A stretch of DNA of 64,000 nt from an uncultured Verrucomicrobiota bacterium (GCA_903922605.1 CAIXUG010000081.1:17357-81356); one strand, 5' to 3'; positions 27,417 through 37,167 are shown, numbered from the stretch's first letter. Made by a program: numbers and translations. The notes: a model not told the origin generated them from the letters alone.

Positions 27417-28364
27417 TCACTTCGCGATGCCCGCCATCCGCAGCTTGCGTTGCAGGTCGCGGATGGCCCGGTAGCCGATGAGCTTTACGCCATCACGCTC
27501 CAGTTGGGCCCTGAGATCGGCGTCATGGGTGAAGGCCTCGAACTCTGCGGAGCGGATGGCCCAGCTTCCGGTCACGGCCTTCAGCTCATCCGTCGGCTTG
27601 CCGGCATGGATGAAGAGTTCGGTGATGCCGGGCTTCAGGTTTGCGAGCCGCTTCAGCCACACGGGCTTTACGTCGGCGGCATCCTTGTACTTCACATCGA
27701 ACACAAAATCGTCGGTGAACAGGATGCCCTTGGCGGCGAACTTCGCGCGCCAGCCGGGCTGGCCGTTCTGTTCAAAGGTCTCCTGCGAGGCCATGCGCAC
27801 GGGCAGGTCGAACTCGACGGCGAGCTGCAGGTATTTCTCCAGGTAGTCGGGACGGTATTGCATCACCCCCATGTGCGAATCGAGATGCGTCACATCCACA
27901 CCGGCTGCGAGCGCCTTCTGGATCTGCGCCCGGGCCTCGCGATACGCCTCTTCGGGAGTTCCTTTGGCATACACCTGCGGTGTCTCATGCCAGAAGTAGC
28001 CGTCGGGATCGATCAGGCCGGGCACCTCGGCGCGCGGCGCGACCGGGCCCCAGCGATATGTCTGCCATTCGCTCGTCTGGCAGAGATGGAGGCCGAAATC
28101 TTTTTCGGGATGCGCCTTGGCGTAGTTCGCGATCTCCAGAAACCAGGGGCAGGGGACCATGATCGTAGAACCCGTCATCAGGCCCTGCTCCAGGGCCTCA
28201 ATGGTGGCGAGATTGGCCGTGTGGCACATGCCCGAGTCGTCGCCGTTCACGATGAGCAGCTTGTCCGTCGCGCGGTAGCCGAGACGTTCGGCGAGGGTTG
28301 GCTCGGCGCTGGCCACAGCCAGCGACAGGGTGCCGACAATGGCGGCGGCGAGGAGCTTCAGCAT
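27417..28364 (-). CDS. ChbG/YdjC-family carbohydrate deacetylase, secreted
   Basis: Signal peptide MLKLLAAAIVGTLSLAVASA. YdjC-like motifs LIVNGDDSGMCHTANLATIEA and THLDSHMGV. Confidence 0.75.
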   Translation of the reverse strand: MLKLLAAAIVGTLSLAVASAEPTLAERLGYRATDKLLIVNGDDSGMCHTANLATIEALEQGLMTGSTIMVPCPWFLEIANYAKAHPEKDFGLHLCQTSEWQTYRWGPVAPRAEVPGLIDPDGYFWHETPQVYAKGTPEEAYREARAQIQKALAAGVDVTHLDSHMGVMQYRPDYLEKYLQLAVEFDLPVRMASQETFEQNGQPGWRAKFAAKGILFTDDFVFDVKYKDAADVKPVWLKRLANLKPGITELFIHAGKPTDELKAVTGSWAIRSAEFEAFTHDADLRAQLERDGVKLIGYRAIRDLQRKLRMAGIAK

Positions 28365-28412
28365 GCCGCTGCTTTATCAGCGGTCATGAACGATGGGAAC
28401 GGCGAAGTTCGG

Positions 28413-30071
28413 CTAATCCACCGAGTCCCAGCGAGCGGATGTGAGCGACGCGCGCATGCCGACATAAAGGCCGGCCACGAGGATCGTCTCCGCCAGCACC
28501 AACCACCAAAACCAGCCGCCGGACCAGGCCCAGGTGGCGAGCCCCGAAATGACGACGGACACCAGCATGACGCCGATCATGGCGATCCCGCGACCGGCGG
28601 ACTTCGCCTCTTCGGAGGGCATTGAAAGGGGGACGGCATTTCCGCCGAGACAGGGCACCATGGCGTAGATCGGGAGGGCGATGATGCCCGGAAGCATCAG
28701 GGGCAGATAAGACCGTTCACCCGGCATGGACCACGCCACGAGGCCGAAAATGATCCACGCCGGCACCGCCAAAAACAGCAGCACTGCCCGCCGGGCGCCA
28801 TGGCAGAGCGCCGCCGGCCCGGCGATCGGCGCGATGCGGAAAATGTCCGCCGCCTGCCATTGTTGGGAGAACTTTACGATGCTCAGGGCCAGCAGCGGAA
28901 TCATCCCGAGATAACCGCCGGCGAACGCCAGACCAAATCCGCCGAAGGCACCGGCCGGTGCGCCGGCGCTCTGGCTATGATTTTGGAAGAGGAGCACAAA
29001 GGGCAGCACGAGCATCGGGGCCAGGCCGGGATACAGGCGCAGCTTCACGTCGCGGTCGCGCAGCATGTAGGCGGTCGTGAGCACGAACGAACCGCGGGAC
29101 ACGGAATCGCGCAGCCACCAGCTCAGCGGCGGCACACTGACCAGCACATCCAGCCAGCGGCGGCGCGTGCCTCTCGGGGACCGTCGAGACACGGTTTCCC
29201 CCAGGGCTTGCAGGCCGGTTTCGTAATCGCGCGCCAGCTTGCCGAAGGCGAGCCACAGCACCGTGGCGGTGGCGATCAGGCCGGCGGCGGCGAGCAACCA
29301 GGAAGTGCCGGCGCGGCGGCCCGCGATGGCATCGTCGAAACCGGCAAACCAGGCGGGGGGCAGGAGGCCTACCCACCATGAATCGCTGCTGAACTTGGGT
29401 GTTCCTCCGGGGCGAAACAGCAGGCGCGGCACGACCTGGCCGCCGATGACCACGGCCACCGAAACCAGGACCTGCATCGTGGTCATCAGGCCGTCCAGCC
29501 GCTCCCGGCCAAACCAGCGGAGGCAGAGCTGATAGACCAGCACCACCGAACCGGTGCAAAACAAGGCCGCCAGCACGGTGGAAAGCGCGTGTGCCACCGG
29601 GAAAAGCCAGCCTCCCTCCGCGCTGAAAGTGCCAACCAGCAGACCGGCAAGATTGAACGCGCCCGCCAGCCACAGGGAGACCTGGACGAGCACCCCAATT
29701 TTCGCCCAGAGCAGCGCGCGCGCGCTCACCGGCCGGTGCATCAGGATGTCGGCCTCTTCCTTGTTGAACAGCACCTCACCGGCCGACGACGCGACGAACA
29801 TCCCCAGGAAGACCAGCGTCATGGAGTGGAGATAGACGGACAGCACAAACACCGGCTGCCCGTGGAAAGCCAGCGCGATCAGGCCGAACGCCGCGTAAAT
29901 GACCAATGTCAGCGCGAGCTTTGAGCCGACGGATTTTGGGGCTCCCTCTTTGCGGAGCCCGCGCGAACTTCGCCCGCGCAGGAACAGCGTAAGGAAGAGC
30001 CGCCGCAGCGTTTTCTCCGGCGAAAGCGCCGGGTTCAGGACGGGCGGCTTCGCGTCCGGGGCCGGGTTCAT
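28413..30071 (-). CDS. Polytopic membrane protein, putative permease partner of the upstream ABC ATPase
   Basis: 552 aa with about 12 or more hydrophobic helices. Its start overlaps the stop of the ATPase gene (ATGA at 30068-30071), implying translational coupling. Confidence 0.7.
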   Translation of the reverse strand: MNPAPDAKPPVLNPALSPEKTLRRLFLTLFLRGRSSRGLRKEGAPKSVGSKLALTLVIYAAFGLIALAFHGQPVFVLSVYLHSMTLVFLGMFVASSAGEVLFNKEEADILMHRPVSARALLWAKIGVLVQVSLWLAGAFNLAGLLVGTFSAEGGWLFPVAHALSTVLAALFCTGSVVLVYQLCLRWFGRERLDGLMTTMQVLVSVAVVIGGQVVPRLLFRPGGTPKFSSDSWWVGLLPPAWFAGFDDAIAGRRAGTSWLLAAAGLIATATVLWLAFGKLARDYETGLQALGETVSRRSPRGTRRRWLDVLVSVPPLSWWLRDSVSRGSFVLTTAYMLRDRDVKLRLYPGLAPMLVLPFVLLFQNHSQSAGAPAGAFGGFGLAFAGGYLGMIPLLALSIVKFSQQWQAADIFRIAPIAGPAALCHGARRAVLLFLAVPAWIIFGLVAWSMPGERSYLPLMLPGIIALPIYAMVPCLGGNAVPLSMPSEEAKSAGRGIAMIGVMLVSVVISGLATWAWSGGWFWWLVLAETILVAGLYVGMRASLTSARWDSVD

Positions 30072-30838
30072 GGGCGGAAGGTTTTCGCGAAGTCCTCGGC
30101 GCGGCGTTCCATTTCCGCGCCGCCGGTCAGCTGGGTGAACAGCTTCTCCAGAGTTCCCGACTGGTGCGTGGCCACCAGTTCATCCGGCCGGCCATCGAGC
30201 AGCAGCCGGCCCTTGTCGATGATGATGACCCGGTCGCACACGCGCTCCACGACGTCGAGGATGTGCGAGCTGTAAACGATGGTCTTGCCCTCGCGGGCGA
30301 GCGTCTGGATGAGGGCCTTGAAGCCGACTGCCGCATTCGCGTCCAGGCCGTCGAGCGGCTCGTCGAAAAAGACCACCGGCGGATTGTGCAGCAGGGCCGC
30401 AGTGATCACGACTTTGCGCCGCATGCCCTTCGAATAGGCGCCCAGCAGCTTGTCCGTCAGGGTCTCGAAGCTCAGATCGAAGAACGAGATGAACTGCCGG
30501 ATGCGGAGCAGCGCCGAGTCCCGGGGAATGGCGTACAGGGCGGCAACCATTTCGAGGTATTCGAGGCCGGTCAGGGATTCAAACACCGCGCCGGAGTCCG
30601 GCACGAAACCGACGTGGCGTTTCACCTCGAGCGGTTCCTGGAGCAGATCAAACCCGCACACGGTCGCCGTGCCGGCCGAGGGCGTGACCATGCCGGTCAG
30701 CATCTTCAGGGTGGTGGATTTTCCCGCGCCGTTGGGCCCGAGAAATCCGACGATCTGTCCGGCCGGGATCTCGAAGGTCAGGGAATCCACCGCCGTCTGT
30801 GCGCCGTAGCGTTTGGTGAGCTGTTGGAGGGAAATCAT
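30068..30838 (-). CDS. ABC transporter ATP-binding protein (ABC-2/drug-exporter type)
   Basis: Walker A GPNGAGKSTT, signature YSKGMRRKV, Walker B VVFFDEPLDGLD. Trimmed to MISLQQLTKRYG. Confidence 0.9.
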   Translation of the reverse strand: MISLQQLTKRYGAQTAVDSLTFEIPAGQIVGFLGPNGAGKSTTLKMLTGMVTPSAGTATVCGFDLLQEPLEVKRHVGFVPDSGAVFESLTGLEYLEMVAALYAIPRDSALLRIRQFISFFDLSFETLTDKLLGAYSKGMRRKVVITAALLHNPPVVFFDEPLDGLDANAAVGFKALIQTLAREGKTIVYSSHILDVVERVCDRVIIIDKGRLLLDGRPDELVATHQSGTLEKLFTQLTGGAEMERRAEDFAKTFRP

Positions 30839-30943
30839 GGGCTTCGTCTCGTTGGCGCGGTCCGGATTGGCGCGGGCGGCTTCGCGGCTGGCTGATGCGT
30901 TGCCAAGCACCCCCAGTCAGTGCGGCCGGACAATCCAGCCAGC

Positions 30944-32299
30944 CTACTCGTAACGCAACGCCTGAATGGGATCGAGGCTGGCGGCCTTGAAGGCAGGGAT
31001 GAGACCGGCGAGGATGCCGACGAAGGCGCTGAAAGCCACACCCACCAGCATGGCCGCCGGCGTGATGATGGGCGTGTTGGCCGAGGGCGTGAGCGCCTGC
31101 AGCACCTGCACAAAGCCGTAGCTGGCCCCCACACCGAGCACCGCGCCGACGAGCGAGACCACGACGCTCTCCACGAGAATTTGCGTGAAGATGTCGAAGC
31201 CAGTCGCGCCGATCGCCTTGCAGGTGCCGATCTCACGGATGCGCTCGTTGATGCTGGCCAGCATGATGTTCATGATGCCGATGCCACCCACCAGGAGGCT
31301 GATGGCGGCGATGATACCGCCGCTGAGCCGGGCGTTTTGGATCTGCTTGTTGATGCTCTCGAGCTGATTCTCCTGTGTCTGGAAGGTGAAGTCCTCAATG
31401 CCCCGGTGGGTGATGAGCAGGACATTACGGGCCTGCTGGATGGCCGGTTCAAGCATGTCCAGGTTGGCGACCTTGATGTCGATGTCCGTCAGACGCGGAT
31501 CGGGGACGCCGTTCAGGTCGCCCACGGCGCGGAACTTCACCCAGGCGGTGTTCAGGGGGATGTAAACGGTGTTGTTCTTCTGCCAGAACGCCCAACCGCC
31601 CTTGCGGCCCCATCCGGTCTGTCGCTTCGGGCCGGACTTCTGCTTGTTGCCTTCCCGGGCGATGCGGGCCTTTTCCTTGATCTCCGCCTCGCTCATGTAC
31701 TGCATGAACATGCCGATGATGGTGAACGGCTGCCCGTTGATCAGGATTTCCTCGCCGATGGGGATGATTTCGCGGCCGACTTCCTCGGGCTTGCCGAACA
31801 GCTCGTCGCGGATGCCGGTGCCGATGACGCAGACGCTGCGGGCCTCCTCCTCGTCGATGGCATTGAAAAAGCGCCCGTGCGCGAGCGTGTGCAGGTTCAT
31901 GTCGAGCACAGCGGGCCACGCACCCATCAGTTCGGCCGGGCGGGTGCGCTTTTCCCCCCGGGTGACGGTGGCATCCTCGATTTCCATCTGGGGCGAGACG
32001 AGCCGGATGAGCGGGGCGCTGCGCCGGAGCGCCTCGACATCCAGCATGGTTCGACCGGGGGCCTGGTCGGCCAGATGATCCTGCCAGTCGGGCACGTCCT
32101 GCACGCGCAGCAGCACCTTGTCCACACCGCCCATGGCGACCATGGTCTCCTTCATGCCGTTCTCCATCCCTTTGATGATGGCCGACATGCCCACCAGCGA
32201 CGCCACCCCCAGGATGATCCCGAGCATGGTCAGCAGGCTCCGGAACTTGTGCGTCCAGATTTCCTTCAGACCAATGATGATGGTGTTGAGGAGATTCAT
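30944..32299 (-). CDS. MacB/FtsX-family ABC transporter permease (copy 2)
   Basis: N-terminal TM (HKFRSLLTMLGIILGVASLVGM), large periplasmic domain, C-terminal FtsX 3-TM bundle ending PIQALRYE. Confidence 0.9.
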   Translation of the reverse strand: MNLLNTIIIGLKEIWTHKFRSLLTMLGIILGVASLVGMSAIIKGMENGMKETMVAMGGVDKVLLRVQDVPDWQDHLADQAPGRTMLDVEALRRSAPLIRLVSPQMEIEDATVTRGEKRTRPAELMGAWPAVLDMNLHTLAHGRFFNAIDEEEARSVCVIGTGIRDELFGKPEEVGREIIPIGEEILINGQPFTIIGMFMQYMSEAEIKEKARIAREGNKQKSGPKRQTGWGRKGGWAFWQKNNTVYIPLNTAWVKFRAVGDLNGVPDPRLTDIDIKVANLDMLEPAIQQARNVLLITHRGIEDFTFQTQENQLESINKQIQNARLSGGIIAAISLLVGGIGIMNIMLASINERIREIGTCKAIGATGFDIFTQILVESVVVSLVGAVLGVGASYGFVQVLQALTPSANTPIITPAAMLVGVAFSAFVGILAGLIPAFKAASLDPIQALRYE

Positions 32300-32335
32300 G
32301 CGGTGACCGGTGCGGCCCCCCGTTGACGAGGCGGC

Positions 32336-33721
32336 TTAGTCATAGCGGAGGGACTGGATGACGTTCATGCGCGCCGCCTTGAGGGCGGGGATGAGGCCGG
32401 CCAGCACCCCGATGAGCAGACTGGCCCCGAAGGCGAACGCCATCGAGCCGATCGTGATGATGGGGGCGTTGTCCGTGGGGGTGAATGAGACGATCAGGTG
32501 AATCAGGCCGTAGCTGGTGACCAGCCCGGTCAGGCCGCCGACGAAGGCGATCACGGTGCTCTCGACGACGATCTGTGTGAAGATGTCGAGCCCGCCCGCG
32601 CCGACGGCCTTGCGGATGCCGATCTCGCGGATGCGTTCGCTGATGCTCGCGAGCATGATGTTCATGATGCCGATGCCGCCGACGAGCAGACTGATGCCGG
32701 CGATGAGCCCGCCGCTGAGCCGGGCATTATGAATGAAGGTGTTGATCTGCTCCGCCCAGTCCTCCTGGGTGCGCAGGGCGAAGTCCTCGATGCCGCGATG
32801 GCGCACCATCATGATGTTACGGATCTCGGTGAGCGCGAGGTCCAGCTTGGAAATGTCGCGGATCTTGATCTCCATCTCGCTGAGCCGCGGTTCCGGCGGC
32901 AGGTTGGTCTGGCCGGAGCGCAGCTTGATCCACGCGCTGTTAAGCGGCAGGTACACGGTGTTGTTCTTCATCCGGAAGGCGAAGCTGCCACCACGGTTGC
33001 CATTCCAGCCCCGGCTGCGCCTCGGCCCGCTGACCCGGTTGGTCAGACCCAGCGCGCGTTTCTGCGCCTCCTCGGCCAGGCGGATCTCGCGGATTTTGCG
33101 GTCCTGCTCGCTCTCGTAATGCTGGAACATGCCGATGATCGTGAAGGGCGAGCCGCCGATGTTCATCGTCTGGCCGACGGGATTGATGTCCTGCCCGGTC
33201 TCCTCGGGACTGCCAAAGAGCCCGTCACGCACGCCGGTGCCGATGACACAGACGCTGCGGGCCAGCTCGTCGTCGTACGCGGTGAACATGCGGCCGTGCT
33301 CGATGGTGTGTTCCATGACCTGGGCCTGCACCGGCCACACTCCGGCGATGTTCCAGGTGCGGTAAATCTTGCCGTTGGCGCTCAGGGTCGGCTGCGGTTC
33401 GAGCCGCATTTCGGGTGAGACCGTGAGCACCTCCGGGGCGCTGCGTTGAAGCGCATAGACGTCGCTCAGGGTCACGCCGGTGGCAAAGTCACGCAGGTTG
33501 CGCTGTTCGACCGGCACGGGCTGTGCCTCGATGCGGACCTTCTCCACGCCGCCGACGGCGATGAGCGCCTCGCGGGAACCGCGCTCCATGCCTTCCACCA
33601 GCGCGCTCATGGCGATGAGGGAGGACACACCCAGGATGATCCCGAGCATGGTGAGCAGGCTCCGGAACTTGTGTGCCCAGATTTCCTTCAGGCCAACGAC
33701 GATGGCGTTGAACAAACTCAT
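32336..33721 (-). CDS. MacB/FtsX-family ABC transporter permease (copy 1)
   Basis: Trimmed to MSLFNAIVVGLKEIWAHKFRSLLTMLGIILGVSSLIAM (ATG at 33721-33719). Same architecture as the neighbouring paralogue, ending VIQSLRYD. Confidence 0.9.
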   Translation of the reverse strand: MSLFNAIVVGLKEIWAHKFRSLLTMLGIILGVSSLIAMSALVEGMERGSREALIAVGGVEKVRIEAQPVPVEQRNLRDFATGVTLSDVYALQRSAPEVLTVSPEMRLEPQPTLSANGKIYRTWNIAGVWPVQAQVMEHTIEHGRMFTAYDDELARSVCVIGTGVRDGLFGSPEETGQDINPVGQTMNIGGSPFTIIGMFQHYESEQDRKIREIRLAEEAQKRALGLTNRVSGPRRSRGWNGNRGGSFAFRMKNNTVYLPLNSAWIKLRSGQTNLPPEPRLSEMEIKIRDISKLDLALTEIRNIMMVRHRGIEDFALRTQEDWAEQINTFIHNARLSGGLIAGISLLVGGIGIMNIMLASISERIREIGIRKAVGAGGLDIFTQIVVESTVIAFVGGLTGLVTSYGLIHLIVSFTPTDNAPIITIGSMAFAFGASLLIGVLAGLIPALKAARMNVIQSLRYD

Positions 33722-33730
33722 CGTGACAAG

Positions 33731-33760
33731 CGCGGAGCGGGGAGCGGGGAGCGCGGAGCC
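33731..33760 (+). repeat. Inverted-repeat arm 1, made of tandem GGAGCGS heptamers
   Basis: cgcggagcggggagcggggagcgcggagcc. The reverse complement of 33868-33897 matches at 29 of 30 positions. Confidence 0.8.
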
Positions 33761-33836
33761 AAAGCGGGCGGCAGCACAAGGCTGCCGATGCCGGCGGGAA
33801 AGAGCGGGCCGGCTTTGAAATGAATTGGGGAACGGT

Positions 33837-34607
33837 TCATGCGCTGGGAACGACAGGCGCGCTGTTCGGCTCCGCGCTCCCCGCTCCGCGCTCCGCGTTC
33901 CGCGCGAGCCGGTCCAGGCCGGCCAGCTTGGCATCGACCTTGTCTGCGATCTTGCCGTTGCGGATCTCGATGCGGCGGGGCGTGACCGCGGCGATTTCGG
34001 GATTGTGCGTGACGAGGATCACGGTGCGGCCCTCCTGGCTCAGGCGGCGGAAGAGCGCGAGGATGATCTCACCCGTGTGAGTGTCGAGGTTGCCGGTCGG
34101 CTCGTCGGCGAAGATGATCTTGGGGTCGTTCACCAGCGCGCGGGCGATGGCCACCCGCTGTTGCTGGCCGCCGGAAAGCTGCGATGGCCGGTTCTTCAGG
34201 CGGTTGCTGAGCTCGACCTGCTCCAGCGCCTTCAGGGCACGCGTCCGCCGTTCCCGGCCACCAATCCCGGAATAGATCATCGGCAGTTCCACGTTCTGAA
34301 CGACGTTCAGCTTGGGCAGCAGGTTGAAAAACTGGAACACGAAGCCGATCTTACGGTTGCGGATGCCGGCCAGCTCGCGGGTGGAGGCCTTCTGGATTTC
34401 CGTGCCGTCGAGCTTGATCGTGCCTTTGCTCGGCGAATCGAGGCAGCCCAGGATGTGCATCAGCGTGGATTTGCCGCTGCCCGACGGGCCGATGATCGAG
34501 CAGAACTCCCCGCTGCCGATGTCGAGGGTGACGTCATCCAGCGCGCGGATTTCCTCGCCGCCCAGATGATAGATCTTGCTGACGTTGCGAAGTTCGAGAA
34601 GGGCCAC
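33837..34607 (-). CDS. MacB/LolD-type ABC transporter ATP-binding protein
   Basis: Walker [10 protein letters not shown], signature [15 protein letters not shown], Walker [13 protein letters not shown]. An unusual C-terminal tail of about 30 aa (...[21 protein letters not shown]) is encoded partly by repeat arm 2. Confidence 0.92.
   Translation of the reverse strand: MALLELRNVSKIYHLGGEEIRALDDVTLDIGSGEFCSIIGPSGSGKSTLMHILGCLDSPSKGTIKLDGTEIQKASTRELAGIRNRKIGFVFQFFNLLPKLNVVQNVELPMIYSGIGGRERRTRALKALEQVELSNRLKNRPSQLSGGQQQRVAIARALVNDPKIIFADEPTGNLDTHTGEIILALFRRLSQEGRTVILVTHNPEIAAVTPRRIEIRNGKIADKVDAKLAGLDRLARNAERGAGSAEPNSAPVVPSA
33868..33897 (-). repeat. Inverted-repeat arm 2
   Basis: ggctccgcgctccccgctccgcgctccgcg. 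It lies inside the 3' end of the ATPase ORF. Confidence 0.8.
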
Positions 34608-34670
34608 GGTAGGGAAAGAGGATCGTGCGGATGCTCGCGGTAATGCCCCTAAAGAGGCGTGACGGGATGC

Positions 34671-35810
34671 TCAGAGGCGGGTGACGCCCACCTTCTTGTC
34701 GGCTTTGATGGCCGTCTTGGTCTTGTCTTCCAACGAGACGACATCACCGGCCTTCAGGCCGCTGGTGACTTCGGCAAAAAAGTAGTCGCTGACCCCGATG
34801 GTGATGATGCGGCGAACCCAATCCTCGCCGCTCTTTACGAAGGCAAAGCGCTCCTGCTGCTTGGATTCCTGGTTGTACTCTGTGAAGACAGCCGCCAGCG
34901 GCGCGGCCACGACGTTCGCAGCGCTGGCGACGGGAATGGAAATGTTGGCGGTCATGCCCGGGCGGACACGGTGGTCCACGTCGCGCAGCAGGATGCGGGC
35001 GGCGAAGCCCTTGATGCTGTTCTTGATCGTCGCCTGCGGGGCGAGTCGTTCGACCTTGCCGACGATCTTCAGGCCGGGAACCGCCTCGACCGACACGTCC
35101 ACATCCTGATCCATGTGCAGACGGGTCACGTCGGCCTGGTTGATGTGGGCGTTGATGATGAGGTCGTTCAGGTTGGCAATCGTGAGCACCTCGGTGCCGG
35201 CATTGAAACCGGCCGAACCGCTGACGGCCTGGCCGGCGGAGACCGGACGGGTGAGTACGGTGCAGTCAAATGGCGCGGTAACCCGGGTTTTAAGAAGCTG
35301 GTACTCAATGAGATCGAGCGCTTTTTCCGCGTTATCCAGGCTGTTCTTGCCGAGATCAAACGAGGTCTTGGCATCGTCAAACACCTCCTGGGCAACCAGA
35401 TGGGATTTGAACAGCTCCTCGGCGCGGCGGTAATTGCGCTCGGCCTGTTGCAGTTCGAGCTTGGTGCGCTCAATCGCGTTCTTCTGGGAGGCCTGCTGGA
35501 TGCGCAGGTCGCGGTCGTCCAGTTGGAACAGCAGTTCACCATTTTTCACCACATCACCGACGTCCACGGGCAGCTTGTCGATCTTGCCGTTGACCTCGGG
35601 ACGGACGCTGACTTGGTCTGCCGGGACGATTTCACCGGCGGCACTGACCGCAAAGCTGATGTTGCGCGTCTCCACCGTCGCTTCCGTCGGACGCGCGTTG
35701 GCCGCAGCTTCCGCGACCTTGACGGCTTCCTGCTTCTGCCAGGTTTTCCAGCCGAACCAGCCGCCCCCGGCCAGTACCAGCACTCCCAAAATGGCTCCCA
35801 ACAATTTCAT
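34671..35810 (-). CDS. Efflux periplasmic adaptor (HlyD/MacA family membrane fusion protein)
   Basis: N-terminal TM (MKLLGAILGVLVLAGGGWFGW), lipoyl/barrel motifs ([40 protein letters not shown]), alpha-hairpin coiled coil. It is the first gene of the ABC efflux cluster. Confidence 0.9.
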   Translation of the reverse strand: MKLLGAILGVLVLAGGGWFGWKTWQKQEAVKVAEAAANARPTEATVETRNISFAVSAAGEIVPADQVSVRPEVNGKIDKLPVDVGDVVKNGELLFQLDDRDLRIQQASQKNAIERTKLELQQAERNYRRAEELFKSHLVAQEVFDDAKTSFDLGKNSLDNAEKALDLIEYQLLKTRVTAPFDCTVLTRPVSAGQAVSGSAGFNAGTEVLTIANLNDLIINAHINQADVTRLHMDQDVDVSVEAVPGLKIVGKVERLAPQATIKNSIKGFAARILLRDVDHRVRPGMTANISIPVASAANVVAAPLAAVFTEYNQESKQQERFAFVKSGEDWVRRIITIGVSDYFFAEVTSGLKAGDVVSLEDKTKTAIKADKKVGVTRL

Positions 35811-35916
35811 GCGTGTGACGTGACCCTAGACTAGCGTTAATACGTAGACGTGCAATCTATGTCTGCAACCGGCGTTGTGTCGCAACGGCCTGGCAGGCAA
35901 TCCTTCCCGGACTGAC

Positions 35917-37167
35917 ATGTCGCTTCTGGAATTCATCCCGATTTTGGCCGCCGTGCTGATTTTAGCCCGCTGGGGGGCGGAAAGCTGGCTGGCCCTGCTC
36001 AACCGTCGCCATGTGCGCGCCCATGCAGGAGAAGTTCCGGCGACCTTTCGTGACACGGTGGATGATGCGACCTATGCAAAATCGGTCGAGTACACGCTGG
36101 CGCGCTCGCGCTTTGGCCTGGCGGAGGAGGGCTGGGGCACGCTGGTGCTGCTGGCGGTGCTGTTCAGCGGGTTGCTGCCGCTGAGCCTGGGTTGGATTCG
36201 GGGCGCGTGGGGCAATTCCGCCTGGGCGGACGCGGGCTGGCTGTTTGCGGTGGGGGTGGCGCTGTCGGTGCCGGGGTTGCCATTCGACTGGTGGGGCCAG
36301 TTCCGGCTGGAGGAGCGCTTCGGCTTTAACACCACCACGCTGGGCACCTGGCTGCTGGACCGCGTGAAGGGGCTGCTGCTGGGGGCTGTGCTCGGCTATC
36401 CGCTGCTGGTGCTAATTCTCAAGCTGGTGGGCTGGATGGGGGACCGCTGGTGGGTTTGGGCCTGGCTGGTGTTGCTGGGCTTCCAGCTGGTCATGATGGT
36501 GCTGGCGCCGGTGGTGATCCTCCCGCTGTTCAACAAGCTGACGCCGTTGCCGGACGGAACCCTGCAGGAACGTCTCCTGAAACTGGGCGAACGCACGGGT
36601 TTCTCCGCCAAAACCATCCTGGTGATGGACGGCAGCAAGCGCTCCCGCCATTCCAACGCCTTTTTCACCGGCTTCGGCCGTTTCCGGAAGATCGTGCTCT
36701 TCGACACACTGATCTCGCAGCTCAGTGAACCGGAGCTGGAGGCCGTGCTGGCCCATGAGGTCGGCCACTACAAAAAGGGCCATATTCCCAAGATGCTGGC
36801 CTGGGCCGCGTTCAGTTCATTGGTGGCCTTCGCCGTGATCGCGTGGCTGGCAAAGCAGGCGTGGTTCACCGCGGCCTTCGGCTTTCGCGCTGATCAAGGA
36901 CTCGCGCCCGCGCTGCTGCTGTTTGCCCTGCTGAGCGGCACGGTGACCTTCTGGACTTCGCCACTGATGAACTTCTCGTCCCGCAAGCACGAGTACGAGG
37001 CCGATGCCTACGCCGCCCAGGCCATGGGCGAAACGATATCGCTAAAGGGTGCCCTGCGGAAGCTGACGGAGAAAAACCTGTCAAACCTGACCCCCCATCC
37101 GTGGTTCAGCGCGTGGCATTACTCGCATCCGACTCTGTTGGAGCGAGAAACGGCGCTGGAGAAGTAA
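35917..37167 (+). CDS. M48-family zinc metalloprotease (Ste24/HtpX-like)
   Basis: HEVGHYKKGH (HExxH), multi-TM N-terminal half, C-terminal YSHPTLLER. Trimmed to MSLLEFIPIL. Confidence 0.88.
   Translation: MSLLEFIPILAAVLILARWGAESWLALLNRRHVRAHAGEVPATFRDTVDDATYAKSVEYTLARSRFGLAEEGWGTLVLLAVLFSGLLPLSLGWIRGAWGNSAWADAGWLFAVGVALSVPGLPFDWWGQFRLEERFGFNTTTLGTWLLDRVKGLLLGAVLGYPLLVLILKLVGWMGDRWWVWAWLVLLGFQLVMMVLAPVVILPLFNKLTPLPDGTLQERLLKLGERTGFSAKTILVMDGSKRSRHSNAFFTGFGRFRKIVLFDTLISQLSEPELEAVLAHEVGHYKKGHIPKMLAWAAFSSLVAFAVIAWLAKQAWFTAAFGFRADQGLAPALLLFALLSGTVTFWTSPLMNFSSRKHEYEADAYAAQAMGETISLKGALRKLTEKNLSNLTPHPWFSAWHYSHPTLLERETALEK

Noticed and set aside
27330-27420. tRNA-like strings (gccggagcg...ccggtctcc, reminiscent of tRNA-Ser D and anticodon arms). 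Also ccgagtggt in the repeat at 690-700.
   Set aside because: The sequence folds as one long perfect hairpin, not a cloverleaf. There is no T-arm (GTTCRANYC) or acceptor-stem pairing. I found no credible tRNA anywhere in the window.
27336-28625. 429-aa plus-strand ORF spanning the deacetylase gene. Similar long antisense ORFs occur at 1691-2713, 12004-13212, 30920-32326, 40622-41959, 41928-43175, 48213-49361, 51187-52203, 52178-53440, 60109-61557 and 62268-63311.
   Set aside because: In every case the opposite strand encodes a protein with family motifs, signal peptides or TM architecture. These ORFs are Arg/Gly/His/Pro-rich and motif-free.
33731-33897. Possible CRISPR-like or minisatellite array (GGAGCGS heptamers). 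Also in-frame 9-nt tandem repeats at 63101-63135.
   Set aside because: There are only two arms, in inverted orientation, with no repeat-spacer periodicity. The 63.1-kb repeats are coding low-complexity sequence (AESAESAGSA). No CRISPR array is present.
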